Translations under genes and position numbers: made by a program
The notes under the pieces: model-generated
What the model saw: only the letters and a program-made list of their open reading frames with translations
Told to the model about the DNA's origin: nothing
Database searches by the model: none
NCBI GenBank assembly: GCA_963665845.2
Contig: OY762492.1
Span: 1,152,001-1,216,000, forward strand
From: Candidatus Poribacteria bacterium
Lineage (GTDB): Bacteria; Poribacteria; WGA-4E; GCA-2687025
Length of the DNA stretch: 64,000 nt
Direction: 5' to 3'
Part shown: piece by piece, positions 1 through 9,756 of the stretch
How the letters are laid out: the number at the start of each line of letters is the position of its first letter
Numbering within the stretch: position 1 is the first letter of the stretch

Positions 1-526
1 TCTCGGTCGGCGGCGGATCGTCAGAACCTTTGCTCCGATCCCACATGCCGCTCTCATGCGTCCCGGTCGGGTTGAAGACGGCAAAGAACGGCGCGCCGTC
101 CGGGCGGTTGCGCCAGTGGGCGTTTCCGCCGCATTCGTCCCATGCCGTCGCGGGCGGTTTGAACTGGTAATCGGTTTTCTGATTGTTTGTACAGTAGTAA
201 CCCGCCGCGCGCAGATACTCGGTGAAACATTTCACATACGGGGGCGGAACCGCCTCATACGGCGTCGGCATTTCAGGAGTGGCGCGGTTCGTATGTCCAG
301 TGCGCATATGATGCCCGCCGATAGAGGGGGCGTACATGCCGGTGATGACGGCGCATCGGCTCGGAGCGCAGACGCCCGCCGTCGAGAAGGCGTTCGGAAA
401 ACGGACGCCCTGCGCGGCGAGCCTGTCCAGGTTCGGCGTCCGCGCCAACGGATCGCCGTAGCATCCGAAGCGGGGAGTCGTGTCCTCTAAGGAGATCCAA
501 AGGATATTCGGGCGGCTGTTTGACAT
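1..526 (-). CDS. Sulfatase (arylsulfatase family), runs off the window edge
   Basis: Manual minus-strand translation gives MSNSRPNILWISLED...RTPNLDRLAAQGVRFPNAFSTAGVCAPSRCAVITGMY, with the CxPSR formylglycine motif. Absent from the ORF track because it is truncated. Confidence 0.9.
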   Translation of the reverse strand, partial: MSNSRPNILWISLEDTTPRFGCYGDPLARTPNLDRLAAQGVRFPNAFSTAGVCAPSRCAVITGMYAPSIGGHHMRTGHTNRATPEMPTPYEAVPPPYVKCFTEYLRAAGYYCTNNQKTDYQFKPPATAWDECGGNAHWRNRPDGAPFFAVFNPTGTHESGMWDRSKGSDDPPPTE

Positions 527-553
527 GCGGGCGCCTTGCCGTTTTCGGCTCTG

Positions 554-802
554 TTAAGACAGCTCTTCTTCGGTTTCCGTGTCGACGACCCGCTTTGGCT
601 CGCGGGCGAGCAGCCCTTTTTTATCCAGCGTCCGCATCATCCGCACCGAGACGCGCCTGCGGCGGTAGACGCCTGTCTTTTCATCATACACGCGCACAAT
701 CTGCAGGTTCGGCAGCTGACGCCGTTTCGTCCGTTTTTTGGAACGCGGCACGTTGTTGATCACTCTCGGCCGTTTGCCGCTCAAATAACATTTTCTCGCC
801 AT
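554..802 (-). CDS. rpmB: 50S ribosomal protein L28
   Basis: MARKCYLSGKRP...NNV...RTKRRQLPNLQ matches the L28 pattern. Confidence 0.9.
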   Translation of the reverse strand: MARKCYLSGKRPRVINNVPRSKKRTKRRQLPNLQIVRVYDEKTGVYRRRRVSVRMMRTLDKKGLLAREPKRVVDTETEEELS

Positions 803-897
803 CGTCGTTCTCCGTTTAAAAAGCCCCGCCCGTTCAACGCTGCAACATACATATGCTGGCAGGGAACGGCGCGAAAGTCAAGCGCGGATTTTTGACG

Positions 898-996
898 GCT
901 GTCTCTATAGGCGATGATCTTGATTTAGAGAGTCGTTTTTGGAATGCGGAGGCTGTCTGGAAAAACTCTGGATTCCCGCTTACGCGGGAATGACGA
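898..996. repeat. Degenerate copy of repeat family B with an ATTCCC-N8-GGGAAT palindrome
   Basis: Similar to 8150-8240 (gcgatga..ttgattt..agag..gttttggaatgcg..ggct..ctgg..aaactctggattcccg..cgcgggaatgacg). Confidence 0.75.
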
Positions 997-1026
997 ATAG
1001 CCCAATAACAGCGGGCGGTTCGTCAT

Positions 1027-2028
1027 TTAAGCCTCCTGTTCAAAGAGCGCGTCCACAAACTCGGACGGCTCAAAGTCGCGCAGGTCCTCTATGCCTTCGC
1101 CGACTCCGATCAGTTTGATCGGAATGCCGACCTCGCGCTTGACAGCGACGGCGACGCCCCCCTTTGCGCTTCCGTCCAGTTTTGTCAACGCGGCCCCGGT
1201 GACCGGTACCGCCTCTAAAAAACGCTTTCCCTGCTGAATCGCGTTATGCCCCGTCGTCGCGTCCAGGACCAGCAGCGTCTCATGCGGCGCGCCGTCCAGT
1301 TCGCGTCCGGCGACCCGCGCGATCTTCTCCAGCTCCTGCATCAGATTCGCGCGCGTATGCTGCCGCCCCGCCGTGTCGATGATCAACAGGTCGGACTTGC
1401 GCGCCCGCGCCGAATGAATCGCGTCGTAGACGACCGAGGCGGGGTCGGCTCCCTCCTGCTGACGAATGAACGCCGCGCCCGCCCGTTCGCTCCATATCTC
1501 TAGCTGCTCCGCCGCCGCGGCGCGGAACGTGTCGCCCGCCGCGAGAGTCGCGCTCATCCCCTGCGCGGTGTAACGCGCCGCCAGCTTGCCGATGGTGGTC
1601 GTCTTTCCGACGCCGTTCACTCCGACCGCCAGAATCACATACGGGGAGCCGCCGATCGGGTTCACATGCTGCGCCTCGCCGAGTATTTCGGCAATCTCCG
1701 CCTTCAACGCCGGCAGCAGCTGCGGCGCCTCGCGCAGGGGGGTTTCCTTCGCCGTCTTGCGCAGTTGATCCATCAGATACAGGGTGGTGTCGACGCCGGC
1801 GTCGGCGCAGATGAGCGCCTCCTCCAGCTCCTCATACACCTCCTCATCGATGGAGCGCCCGACCCGCAGAATGCCGGCGATCTGCTGCGTGAACGCTTGG
1901 CGCGTCTTTGAGAGCGCGTTTTTGAGCCGTTGAAACGCGCTCTGTTTGGGCGCTTCGTCAGGCGCTTCGTTTGGCGGTTCCTTCTCTTCCGATCCGTTTT
2001 TCCCGCGCCCGAACAGTCCGCGCAGCAT
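1027..2028 (-). CDS. ftsY: Signal recognition particle receptor FtsY
   Basis: GVNGVGKTTT, DTFRAAA, DTAGR and TKLDGSAKGG motifs. Confidence 0.97.
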   Translation of the reverse strand: MLRGLFGRGKNGSEEKEPPNEAPDEAPKQSAFQRLKNALSKTRQAFTQQIAGILRVGRSIDEEVYEELEEALICADAGVDTTLYLMDQLRKTAKETPLREAPQLLPALKAEIAEILGEAQHVNPIGGSPYVILAVGVNGVGKTTTIGKLAARYTAQGMSATLAAGDTFRAAAAEQLEIWSERAGAAFIRQQEGADPASVVYDAIHSARARKSDLLIIDTAGRQHTRANLMQELEKIARVAGRELDGAPHETLLVLDATTGHNAIQQGKRFLEAVPVTGAALTKLDGSAKGGVAVAVKREVGIPIKLIGVGEGIEDLRDFEPSEFVDALFEQEA

Positions 2029-2045
2029 CGTCCGCTCCTTTTAAT

Positions 2046-2375
2046 TTAAGTTAAGCCGGGCAGACCTGGTATGTTGAATCCGCCCGTCAACTTTTCCATC
2101 TCTTCCGCCGCCAGCTCCTGCGATTTGCGCCGCGCCTCGTTCACCGCCGCCCGCACCAGGTCTTCCAGCATCTCCACATCTTCAGGGTCGACCACTTCGG
2201 GCGCGATCGTGATCGAGATGATCTCCTGATGCCCGTTCGCCACCACCGTCACCATGCCGCCGCCCACCTGCGCCTCAATGGTGAGATGCTTTAGGTCTTC
2301 CTGAACCTCCAGCATGCGCTTCTGCATGCGCTGCGCCTGCCGCATGAGACCCGACATGCCGCCTTTGTTATTCAT
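2046..2375 (-). CDS. ybaB: Nucleoid-associated protein YbaB/EbfC
   Basis: QAQRMQ...GGGMVTV...DPEDVEMLEDLV; directly downstream of dnaX. Confidence 0.95.
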   Translation of the reverse strand: MNNKGGMSGLMRQAQRMQKRMLEVQEDLKHLTIEAQVGGGMVTVVANGHQEIISITIAPEVVDPEDVEMLEDLVRAAVNEARRKSQELAAEEMEKLTGGFNIPGLPGLT

Positions 2376-4080
2376 CGCGTTCTCCTTCTTTGGGGAGGTC
2401 TATTTTTCCGTCAAACAGGTCGCGCGCTCTCCGCGCGTTTTCGTTTTCGATCTCCTCTTCGCTGCGCGGCGTCTGCGGCGGCGACTCGGAGCGGCTCGTC
2501 ATTTCCTGTTCAGAGATGGTGAGCCGTATTTCGACCCGTTTGCCGAGTACGTTTTGGACGATCTCTTGCAGCGTTTCTTTCTTTTCTTTCGCTTTATTCA
2601 TCTGAATGCGGCTGCTGAAGGCGAGCGTCAAGGCTCCTGCGTTCGCGCTCGGTTTGGCGCCGTCCAGCTGACCCCATAGGAACGGCTCCCGCGTCTTCAG
2701 TTCCGCCGACGCCGCTTTCCATACATCCTCGGCGGTCTCTTCGTTCAGCTCCGCCGCCGCAATGGGAGTCGGGGGCGGCGCGCTCTCCTGCTTAGACGGG
2801 GCGGACGAGGGAGGCGAAACCGACGGAACCGACGAGGCTGTCGGGACGGACGCCGACGCGCCGACGCGGCCCGACGAAACGGGCGGCGGCGCGGCGGGCG
2901 TCTCAACAGGCGCGATGTTCAGCCCGCCCGTATGCATCTTCTCCTCCAGCGCCTGCAGTTTTTTCAGCGCCTCTTCTAGGGGCAGATCGTCCTCCAGCTG
3001 ACAGATGTCCAGCATGCAGATCTCAAAGTTTTCGCGGTCGTAGCCGAGAAGACGGATCTCTTTTTCAGCGCGCATGAGCATTTTGAGAGTCCACTGAATG
3101 CGGGCGATGGAGAGCTCCGCCGCTTGCTCCCGCATCTGCTCGATTTTGGACGGCGACGCCTGTATGGAGTCCGCCAGTTTTGGGCTGACCTTGAGCCGCA
3201 GAAGCGCGTGAAAATGCGCCCCTATCAGCCGAAGGCACTGCGTCACATCCGCCCCCTGCGAAAACAGCGCCTCCGACGCCTGAAACGCCTCCAGCGCGTT
3301 CCGCGACGCGAGCGCGTTGACGGCGCCGTCCACCGCCGCGGCGGAGCCGAAACCGAGCATGCGGCTGGCGTCCTCGGCGGTCGCGCGTTCAGGGCAGAAC
3401 GCGAGCAGCTGTTCAAGCGCGCTTTGCGCGTCCCGCATGCAGCCTTCAGATTGATTCGCAATGAGTCCCAGCGCTTCTTCGTCCACGTCGCGCTCCTCGC
3501 CGGTCGTCAGTTCGCGCAGCCGCGTTGTGATCTGCTCATAGCTCATGCGGTAGAAATCGAACTGCTGGCAGCGGGACAGGATCGTGGCGGGGAAGCGGTT
3601 TTTTTCGGTGCTGGCGAAGATGAAGATGACATGCGGCGGCGGCTCTTCCAGGGTTGTCAAAAAGGCGTTCCAAGCGGCGGCGCTAAGCATGTGCGCTTCG
3701 TCTAAGATATAGACGCGGTAGCGGGAGGCGACGGTCGAGAGTTTCACATTTTCGCGCAGTTCGCGTATGTCGTCAACGCCGTTGTTGGACGCGGCGTCGA
3801 TTTCGACCACATCAAGCGAGTTGCCTTCGCGTATCGAGTCGCAGGAGTCGCATTCGCCGCATGGGTCTTGGTTGTCGCCCCTGTTTTTGCAGTTGAGCGC
3901 GCGGGCGAAGATGCGCGCCATCGTCGTTTTTCCGACGCCTCTGGGTCCGCTGAACAGGTAGGCGTGGTGGATGCGTTCGGAGGCGATGCCGTTTCGGAGC
4001 GTGCGCACCACATGGGTTTGCCCGACGACTTCGCTGAATTTTTGCGGACGCCATTTTCGAGACAGCGCTATGTACGCCAT
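2368..4080 (-). CDS. dnaX: DNA polymerase III subunit gamma/tau
   Basis: RKWRPQ, GPRGVGKTT, Cys Zn motif, EIDAAS, DEAHML and SRC motif. Confidence 0.97.
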   Translation of the reverse strand: MAYIALSRKWRPQKFSEVVGQTHVVRTLRNGIASERIHHAYLFSGPRGVGKTTMARIFARALNCKNRGDNQDPCGECDSCDSIREGNSLDVVEIDAASNNGVDDIRELRENVKLSTVASRYRVYILDEAHMLSAAAWNAFLTTLEEPPPHVIFIFASTEKNRFPATILSRCQQFDFYRMSYEQITTRLRELTTGEERDVDEEALGLIANQSEGCMRDAQSALEQLLAFCPERATAEDASRMLGFGSAAAVDGAVNALASRNALEAFQASEALFSQGADVTQCLRLIGAHFHALLRLKVSPKLADSIQASPSKIEQMREQAAELSIARIQWTLKMLMRAEKEIRLLGYDRENFEICMLDICQLEDDLPLEEALKKLQALEEKMHTGGLNIAPVETPAAPPPVSSGRVGASASVPTASSVPSVSPPSSAPSKQESAPPPTPIAAAELNEETAEDVWKAASAELKTREPFLWGQLDGAKPSANAGALTLAFSSRIQMNKAKEKKETLQEIVQNVLGKRVEIRLTISEQEMTSRSESPPQTPRSEEEIENENARRARDLFDGKIDLPKEGERDE

Positions 4081-4107
4081 GTTTCATGCCTCGCGCGGTG
4101 AAGTGTC

Positions 4108-4377
4108 GGCCGCGCACCCGCCGTCGACAAGCTGCATTATGAGCGGTTCTTCGGCAGCCAGCTCAACCCAGGCTGCCCTGCAACACACGCTCCGACGCTT
4201 ACCGCTGCTTCCTCCCGGACCTGACGGGGTTCACGTCTTATACGTTGCGCAGGACCCGGATGTCCACACCGCTTATCGAAGTCGGACCTCACAAGGCAGA
4301 GCCTCGGAGCGGGAATTCCGCCCTGCTGTAGCGGATTGCAGGTTCAGGGCACCGCTATCTCCCCGCGTAGCGCGACC
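4108..4377 (-). ncRNA. ffs: Large (Alu-domain-containing) bacterial SRP RNA
   Basis: Minus strand reads GGGGAGATAGCGGTGCCCTGAACCTGCAATCCGCTACAGCAGGG (Bacillus scRNA-like Alu domain) and CAGGTCCGGGAGGAAGCAGC (helix 8). The 5' GGTCGCGC pairs with the 3' GCGCGGCC, and it lies upstream of dnaX. Confidence 0.93.
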
Positions 4378-4384
4378 AGTTCTT

Positions 4385-4413
4385 AATATAGCGCCGCTTT
4401 GGACGTTTCGCAA
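4385..4413 (-). promoter_or_regulatory. Sigma70-like promoter of the SRP RNA
   Basis: TTGCGA-17 bp-TATATT, 7 bp before the RNA 5' end. Confidence 0.7.
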
Positions 4414-4535
4414 GGTCGTTTTGCCGGCGCCGCCAACCAAACCTGCCATTCCCGCCCATTTTCCCGTCATTCCCGCCCTTGCGGTAAAACGTGCGGGAAT
4501 CTTAAGGCATCGCAGCCGCCGCGCCCGTCTTTTAA

Positions 4536-4703
4536 CTGACCTCACGTCTTAAGTTGGGACATGTCGGCATGGGAACGCGGACGTCTTCTGCAACGCCTCT
4601 AGATTCCCGCTTACGCGGGAATGACGGTTTGGTCAGCGGCGCCTTTTTCCCATGAATAGAGCGATCGTCAGTTCAAATGTCCCAACTTTCAGCATGAGGT
4701 CAG
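4536..4703. mobile_element. MITE family A (168 bp, ~27-bp TIR CTGACCTCACGTCTTAAGTTGGGACAT)
   Basis: Terminal inverted repeats, an internal ATTCCC-N8-GGGAAT palindrome and multiple copies in the window. Confidence 0.85.
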
Positions 4704-4800
4704 TTTTTAAACCCCCTGGTTCCCCCTTTTCAAGGGGGGAATCGGGCGCGCGGCGGCGCGAATATCCCCGTATGAGCGTACTGCCGTCAGGCAATGCGCC

Positions 4801-4829
4801 TTGCCTCAAGCCGTAACAGCGGCTATTAT
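4801..4829 (+). promoter_or_regulatory. Sigma70-like promoter for tRNA-Leu/tig-clpPX
   Basis: TTGCCT-17 bp-TATTAT. Confidence 0.6.
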
Positions 4830-4851
4830 CTCATGCAGAATCGGACCAGTC

Positions 4852-4938
4852 GGGCGGGTGGTGGAAATGGCAGACACGATAGATTTAGGATCTATTGGGC
4901 GAAAGCCTGTAAGGGTTCAAATCCCTTCTCGCCCACCA
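4852..4938 (+). tRNA. tRNA-Leu (anticodon TAG)
   Basis: Cloverleaf with ATAGA-TTTAGGA-TCTAT anticodon arm, long variable arm, GGTTCAAATCC T-arm and encoded CCA. Confidence 0.97.
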
Positions 4939-4960
4939 ATGCGGCTCTGGAGGAGTACCT

Positions 4961-6178
4961 TTGAAGGTTGATGTTGAAACGGTTGACGCGGTCGGACGAA
5001 AACTGCATATCGCGCTCCCATCGGACGATTTGCGTCAAGAGATGAACAAAAAACTGGCAGAACTGCGCAAATCGATACAGCTGCCCGGCTTTAGACCAAA
5101 CCGCGTTCCGATCACCATTGTCCGATCGCGGTTCGGCAAAGAGGTCGAACATGAAACGATCTGGGACGCGGCGCAAAGGGCAGTTGATGAAGCCATCGAA
5201 CGCCACAAGCTGAAAGTTGTCAGCCCGTTCAGCTTTGAACCGACTCTAGACGAGATGAGCATCCCCGCGGAAGGCGATCTGCGTTTCACGGCCGAGGTTG
5301 AAGTGAGAGAGCCGATTCAGATACCGCCCTACAACACGTTCGCCGTCGACAAAAGCCCCGTCAACGTGACGCCCGAAGAGGTGGAAGAGGAGCTGGAAAG
5401 GCTGCGCCTATCCATGTCCAGCTTCAAACCGCTTGAGGAGGAACGGGCGGCGCAGATGGGCGATTCGGTTCTGGTCATCTTGGACAGCATGGAAGACGAT
5501 CAGACGCCCGATATCAGACCGGTATTGCTGCAACTGGACGACGACCTCCCTCCAGAATTGCTGGAAGCGCTGGTCGAAAAGAACCCCGGAAGCAATCAGA
5601 TGGTCACTCTTGGCGGCGAGGACAGAGACATGGTACGCCACTATGTGGAGTTGGTGGCGATCGGCGGGAGAGAAGCGCCGGAGCTGGACGACGCGCTGGC
5701 TCAAAAGCTCGGCTGCCAGACGGTGGACATCCTACGGGGGCAGGTCTGGAATCGGATGATTGAGGCGCGGGAGCGGGAGCAGAAGGAGGAGCAAACAGAC
5801 GATATTTTTGAACAGCTGCTGGAGCGCATCCCGTGCCGCGTCCCGGACATCATGATTGAGCAAATGATTCTGACCATGAGAAACGACGGCATTCCTTACG
5901 GTTCAGACGAAGACTCGCGGCGCGGCATTGAGATGATGATACGGCGCGACTGGATACTGGAAGAGATCGCCGAAAAGGAGGGCATTGAGCATTCCGAGGA
6001 GGAAGCGGAAGCGAGCGCCCGCGCCGAAGCGCGCCGCCGCCAAGAAGACCCCGATCAATCTATAAAGGAGCTGCGCGAATCGGACGACTGGGACTCTTAT
6101 GTCCACGCTGTTCAGGTTGAGCGGGTCGTGGATCTGCTCATCGAACGCGCGTCTCAAAAAGGAATCATCACCCCCTAG
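4961..6178 (+). CDS. tig: Trigger factor
   Basis: LPGFRPNRVP ribosome-binding motif; tRNA-Leu-tig-clpP-clpX synteny. Confidence 0.9.
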   Translation: MKVDVETVDAVGRKLHIALPSDDLRQEMNKKLAELRKSIQLPGFRPNRVPITIVRSRFGKEVEHETIWDAAQRAVDEAIERHKLKVVSPFSFEPTLDEMSIPAEGDLRFTAEVEVREPIQIPPYNTFAVDKSPVNVTPEEVEEELERLRLSMSSFKPLEEERAAQMGDSVLVILDSMEDDQTPDIRPVLLQLDDDLPPELLEALVEKNPGSNQMVTLGGEDRDMVRHYVELVAIGGREAPELDDALAQKLGCQTVDILRGQVWNRMIEAREREQKEEQTDDIFEQLLERIPCRVPDIMIEQMILTMRNDGIPYGSDEDSRRGIEMMIRRDWILEEIAEKEGIEHSEEEAEASARAEARRRQEDPDQSIKELRESDDWDSYVHAVQVERVVDLLIERASQKGIITP

Positions 6179-6201
6179 CCCGTTTTTGAAAGGGAGTCGC
6201 T

Positions 6202-6783
6202 GTGTCGCTCGTACCGATGGTCATAGAGCAAACGACGCGCGGTGAACGCGCCTACGATATTTTCTCCCGCCTGCTGAAAGACCGCATCATCATCATCGGG
6301 TCGGGAATCACCGACGAGATGGCGAACATTGTTGTCGCGCAGATGCTGTTTTTGGAGATGGAAGACCCGAACGCCGACATCACCCTCTACATCAACACCC
6401 CCGGCGGCTCCGTGACGGCGGGAATGTCGATCTACGACACGATGCAGTTTGTGAAGCCGGATGTGCAGACCTGGTGCGTCGGCATGGCGTACAGCATGGG
6501 GGCGGTTCTGTTGGCGGCGGGGGCGGAAGGAAAGCGGTTTGCGCTGCCCCATTCCACGACCTTAATACATCAGCCGCTTGGCGGGATTCGGGGTCAAGCC
6601 TCCGACATCAGCATTCACGCCGAGGAGATTCTGCGCGTCAAACGCGAAATCACCGGCATTCTAGCGCGCCATACAGGCCAACCCATTGAGCGCATCGAAG
6701 GCGACTCGGACCGCGACTTTTATATGACAGCGGAGCAAGCCAAAGAGTACGGTCTGATCGATGAAATTGTGCATCAACGATAA
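6202..6783 (+). CDS. clpP: ATP-dependent Clp protease proteolytic subunit
   Basis: [25 protein letters not shown] and IHQP motifs. Confidence 0.98.
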   Translation: MSLVPMVIEQTTRGERAYDIFSRLLKDRIIIIGSGITDEMANIVVAQMLFLEMEDPNADITLYINTPGGSVTAGMSIYDTMQFVKPDVQTWCVGMAYSMGAVLLAAGAEGKRFALPHSTTLIHQPLGGIRGQASDISIHAEEILRVKREITGILARHTGQPIERIEGDSDRDFYMTAEQAKEYGLIDEIVHQR

Positions 6784-6797
6784 GCAGGAGCAGTGAG

Positions 6798-8063
6798 ATG
6801 TCTGAAAAACAGGGCGTCTGTTCATTTTGCGGCAAGTCGGGGAATGAGCTGATCCGCTCCCCCGCGTCGCCTGGGGCGGCGATTTGCGCGGTGTGCGTCG
6901 CCGTTTGCAGCGAGTTTTTGAACGACCCGGAGCGTTCTCCGCGGCAGCCGGACGAGAAAGAGACGCATGCTCCGCCGCCGTTGCCGGAGCCGTTGTCGCC
7001 CCCTGTCGAAATCAAAGAGTTTCTTGACCAGTATGTGATCGGGCAAGAGAACGCTAAGATCGCGCTTGCCGTCGCCGTCTACAACCATTACAAGCGCATA
7101 CAGACCGGCGACGACGGCTCCGACGTTGAGCTGGAGAAAAGCAATATACTGCTGATTGGACCGACCGGCGTCGGCAAAACGCTCTTGGCGCAGACGCTGG
7201 CGCGCGCGTTGAATGTGCCGTTCACCATCGCCGACGCCACCTCTCTGACCGAGGCGGGCTATGTCGGCGAGGATGTTGAAAACATCATACTCAAACTGCT
7301 GCAAGCCTCCGATTTTGATGTGGACCGCGCCGAAACCGGCATCGTTTATCTGGACGAAGTCGACAAGATCGCGAGCAAGTCGGAAAACCCCTCCATCACC
7401 CGCGACGTCTCCGGCGAAGGCGTCCAGCAGGCGCTGTTGAAAATTCTGGAAGGCTCCGTCGCCAATGTGCCGCCGCAGGGCGGGCGCAAGCATCCGCATC
7501 AGGAGTTCATTCAGGTTGACACCTCGCGCATACTGTTTATCGCGGGCGGAACCTTCACCGGTTTAGAAAAAATTGTTGAGCAGCGGCTTGGGCGGAAGTC
7601 GCTCGGTTTTGGCGCCGAGCTGCGCGACCGCGCCCATGACAGCGTCGGCGCCTCGCTGGCGCAGGTGGAGCCGAGAGACCTGGTGCGGTTCGGCTTCATA
7701 CCGGAGCTGATTGGGCGGCTGCCGGTGGTGACAAACCTGTATGAGCTGGATGAAGACGCGCTTGTTCGGATACTCACCGAGCCGAAAAACGCCCTTGTAA
7801 AGCAGTATCAGAAGTTCTTTGAGTACGAGAATGTGAAGCTGACGATACCCGAAGCCGCGCTGCGCGAAATTGCTCGACAGGCGATACTGCGCGAAACAGG
7901 CGCCCGCGGGCTTCGCTCCGTCATGGAAAAAGCGATGCTGAATGTGATGTACCGCCTGCCGTCGCTTTCCGGCGTTCAGGAGTGCGTCATCGGACCGGGA
8001 GTCGTGAGCGGAAACGAGGAGCCGTCGCTCATCTATAAAGACGAGGAAGCGTTGTCAGCCTAA
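6798..8063 (+). CDS. clpX: Clp protease ATP-binding subunit ClpX
   Basis: CSFCGK Zn finger, [22 protein letters not shown] and RKHP motifs. Confidence 0.98.
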   Translation: MSEKQGVCSFCGKSGNELIRSPASPGAAICAVCVAVCSEFLNDPERSPRQPDEKETHAPPPLPEPLSPPVEIKEFLDQYVIGQENAKIALAVAVYNHYKRIQTGDDGSDVELEKSNILLIGPTGVGKTLLAQTLARALNVPFTIADATSLTEAGYVGEDVENIILKLLQASDFDVDRAETGIVYLDEVDKIASKSENPSITRDVSGEGVQQALLKILEGSVANVPPQGGRKHPHQEFIQVDTSRILFIAGGTFTGLEKIVEQRLGRKSLGFGAELRDRAHDSVGASLAQVEPRDLVRFGFIPELIGRLPVVTNLYELDEDALVRILTEPKNALVKQYQKFFEYENVKLTIPEAALREIARQAILRETGARGLRSVMEKAMLNVMYRLPSLSGVQECVIGPGVVSGNEEPSLIYKDEEALSA

Positions 8064-8142
8064 CCGCTTGGCGAACGCGGACGTCGTCTGCGCCGCCTCT
8101 AGATTCCCGCTTACGCGGGAATGCATGTCCTCGCGGAAGGGC

Positions 8143-8293
8143 AGTACTTACAAGCGATGATTTTGATTTTTAGAGCGCCGTTTTGGAATGCGAAGGCTCT
8201 CTGGGAAAACTCTGGATTCCCGTTTGCGCGGGAATGACGTCAGGCGGCTCCGACGTTTTAAGTCAATCATGAAGTTCATCGCATGAGCGTACT
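8143..8293. mobile_element. MITE family B (TIR AGTAC..CATGCGATGA) nested in a family-A-like remnant
   Basis: agtacttacaagcgatga ... tcatcgcatgagcgtact inverted ends, flanked by an imperfect duplication cc(t/c)cgcggaag. Confidence 0.7.
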
Positions 8294-8316
8294 CCCCGCG
8301 GAAGCGGGGAACGAAC

Positions 8317-8484
8317 CTGACCTTACGTCTTTAGTTGGGACATGCCGGCGGACGAACGCAGACGTCTTCTGCGACGCCTCTAGATTCCCGCTTACGCGGG
8401 AATGACGGCTTGGTTAGCGGCGCCTTTTTCCCATGAATAAAGCGATCGTCGGTTCGAATGTCCCAACTTTAGGCGTGAGGTCAG
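8317..8484. mobile_element. MITE family A with an 8-bp target-site duplication GAACGAAC
   Basis: CTGACC...GGTCAG ends; GAACGAAC at 8309-8316 and 8485-8492. Confidence 0.9.
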
Positions 8485-8526
8485 GAACGAACTGGTTGAC
8501 AACGCCTTTCCCACTGGCGGCGTTGA

Positions 8527-9756
8527 TCAGCCGCCTGCCTCCTTTTCGGCAATCTTGGTGAGAATGTCCCCTAGGATGTTCTGAACCTGCGGCGCCTGCT
8601 CTTTGCGGTAGAACTCATCCAGGTCGTAGAGCTGGTTTTCCGACAACTTCCATATCACCTGTTCATCGCCGATGATGCGCGAGAGCCGCTGCCGGCGCCT
8701 CCAGTGGTCGTTCTCCTGTTTTTTCATGAGCGCCTTTAGGGTCGGTTCGATGGCGGACGCTTCAAAACTGGCGATCGTCTCCACCATCTTGTCAACAACG
8801 GCGTTGTTCTTTTCCTTCTGTAAAGCGTCCACAAGGGCGTTGATGGTTGAGCGCCCGTTACCGTGTTTTTGGATCGCTTGGACGATGCTCATCCGCACGA
8901 TTTCATCCTCATCGGACAGCCGCTCAATGATCGTCGACGCGGGGGGTTTCCTGTCCAAGAATTGCAGCGCATACGCCGCGGCGCGCCGCGCCAGCAGATC
9001 ATTGGAGTCGAGACTGCTGAGAATAAAGCCGCGCTCGCCCTTTTCGCCGAGCTTGTACAGCGCGGCGGACGCTTCCGTACGCAGCCCCGCCGGGGCGGTT
9101 TCATCCTCTTGCAGCGTTTTCAAAAACGGAATCGACTGGGCGTCGGTAACATGCCCCAGAACGCGCAGCAGTTCCGTTTTCTCTTGCGCGTTGTATGAAT
9201 CGGACAGTATCGCTTCTTTGAGTCCTGCAGCCGCTTTGGGACCGATGCGCGCCAGGACGCGCTGCACCTTTCGCCGCACCAGCGGCTTATGGTAGGAGTG
9301 GATCAGGTCCGGGACGCAGTCTTCGCCCAAAACGACGAGCGCGTCTTCAGCCGATTCGGAAAGAAAATCTTGACGTTTCAGAATTTGGACCATGCCCAGT
9401 ATTGCCGATGGGTCTTGGCGCACCTCGCCGATGGATTTGTCCCGCATTTCGATGTATCTTTGCGCTTCCGAGGGGATGTTTCGCATCTTCTTTGCCGCGC
9501 GGTCGTACGCCACCGCTAGATACGCGCGCGCGATGGACCTTGTTTTCGGCTCTTTGTCGATCGATTTCTGAAAATCTTTCGCCGCCTGCGACGAGCTGTC
9601 GTTGATCAGCTGCTGTTTACCAACCTCATAATATGTAAAATCGGTTTCCTTGATTTCGCAGCCGACCAGCGCCGTCAAAAGCGCCGCAACAGCCGCGACT
9701 CGACCCGACCAGCGGAAAGCTCCGGAGCCGGGCAATTTACCTACCTGCACTTGCAT
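8527..9756 (-). CDS. HEAT/PBS-lyase repeat lipoprotein
   Basis: Lipobox-like LVGC; HEAT-like repeats (RRAAAYAL, VRMSIVQAI). Confidence 0.7.
   Translation of the reverse strand: MQVQVGKLPGSGAFRWSGRVAAVAALLTALVGCEIKETDFTYYEVGKQQLINDSSSQAAKDFQKSIDKEPKTRSIARAYLAVAYDRAAKKMRNIPSEAQRYIEMRDKSIGEVRQDPSAILGMVQILKRQDFLSESAEDALVVLGEDCVPDLIHSYHKPLVRRKVQRVLARIGPKAAAGLKEAILSDSYNAQEKTELLRVLGHVTDAQSIPFLKTLQEDETAPAGLRTEASAALYKLGEKGERGFILSSLDSNDLLARRAAAYALQFLDRKPPASTIIERLSDEDEIVRMSIVQAIQKHGNGRSTINALVDALQKEKNNAVVDKMVETIASFEASAIEPTLKALMKKQENDHWRRRQRLSRIIGDEQVIWKLSENQLYDLDEFYRKEQAPQVQNILGDILTKIAEKEAGG

Noticed and set aside
56-490. 144-aa plus-strand ORF
   Set aside because: It is antisense to the sulfatase gene on the minus strand.
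2368-4080. dnaX programmed -1 frameshift
   Set aside because: No in-frame A_AAA_AAG site or long A run with a stimulatory structure was identified by eye.
3971-4552. ORFs overlapping 4108-4377
   Set aside because: The region is explained by the SRP RNA and repeats.
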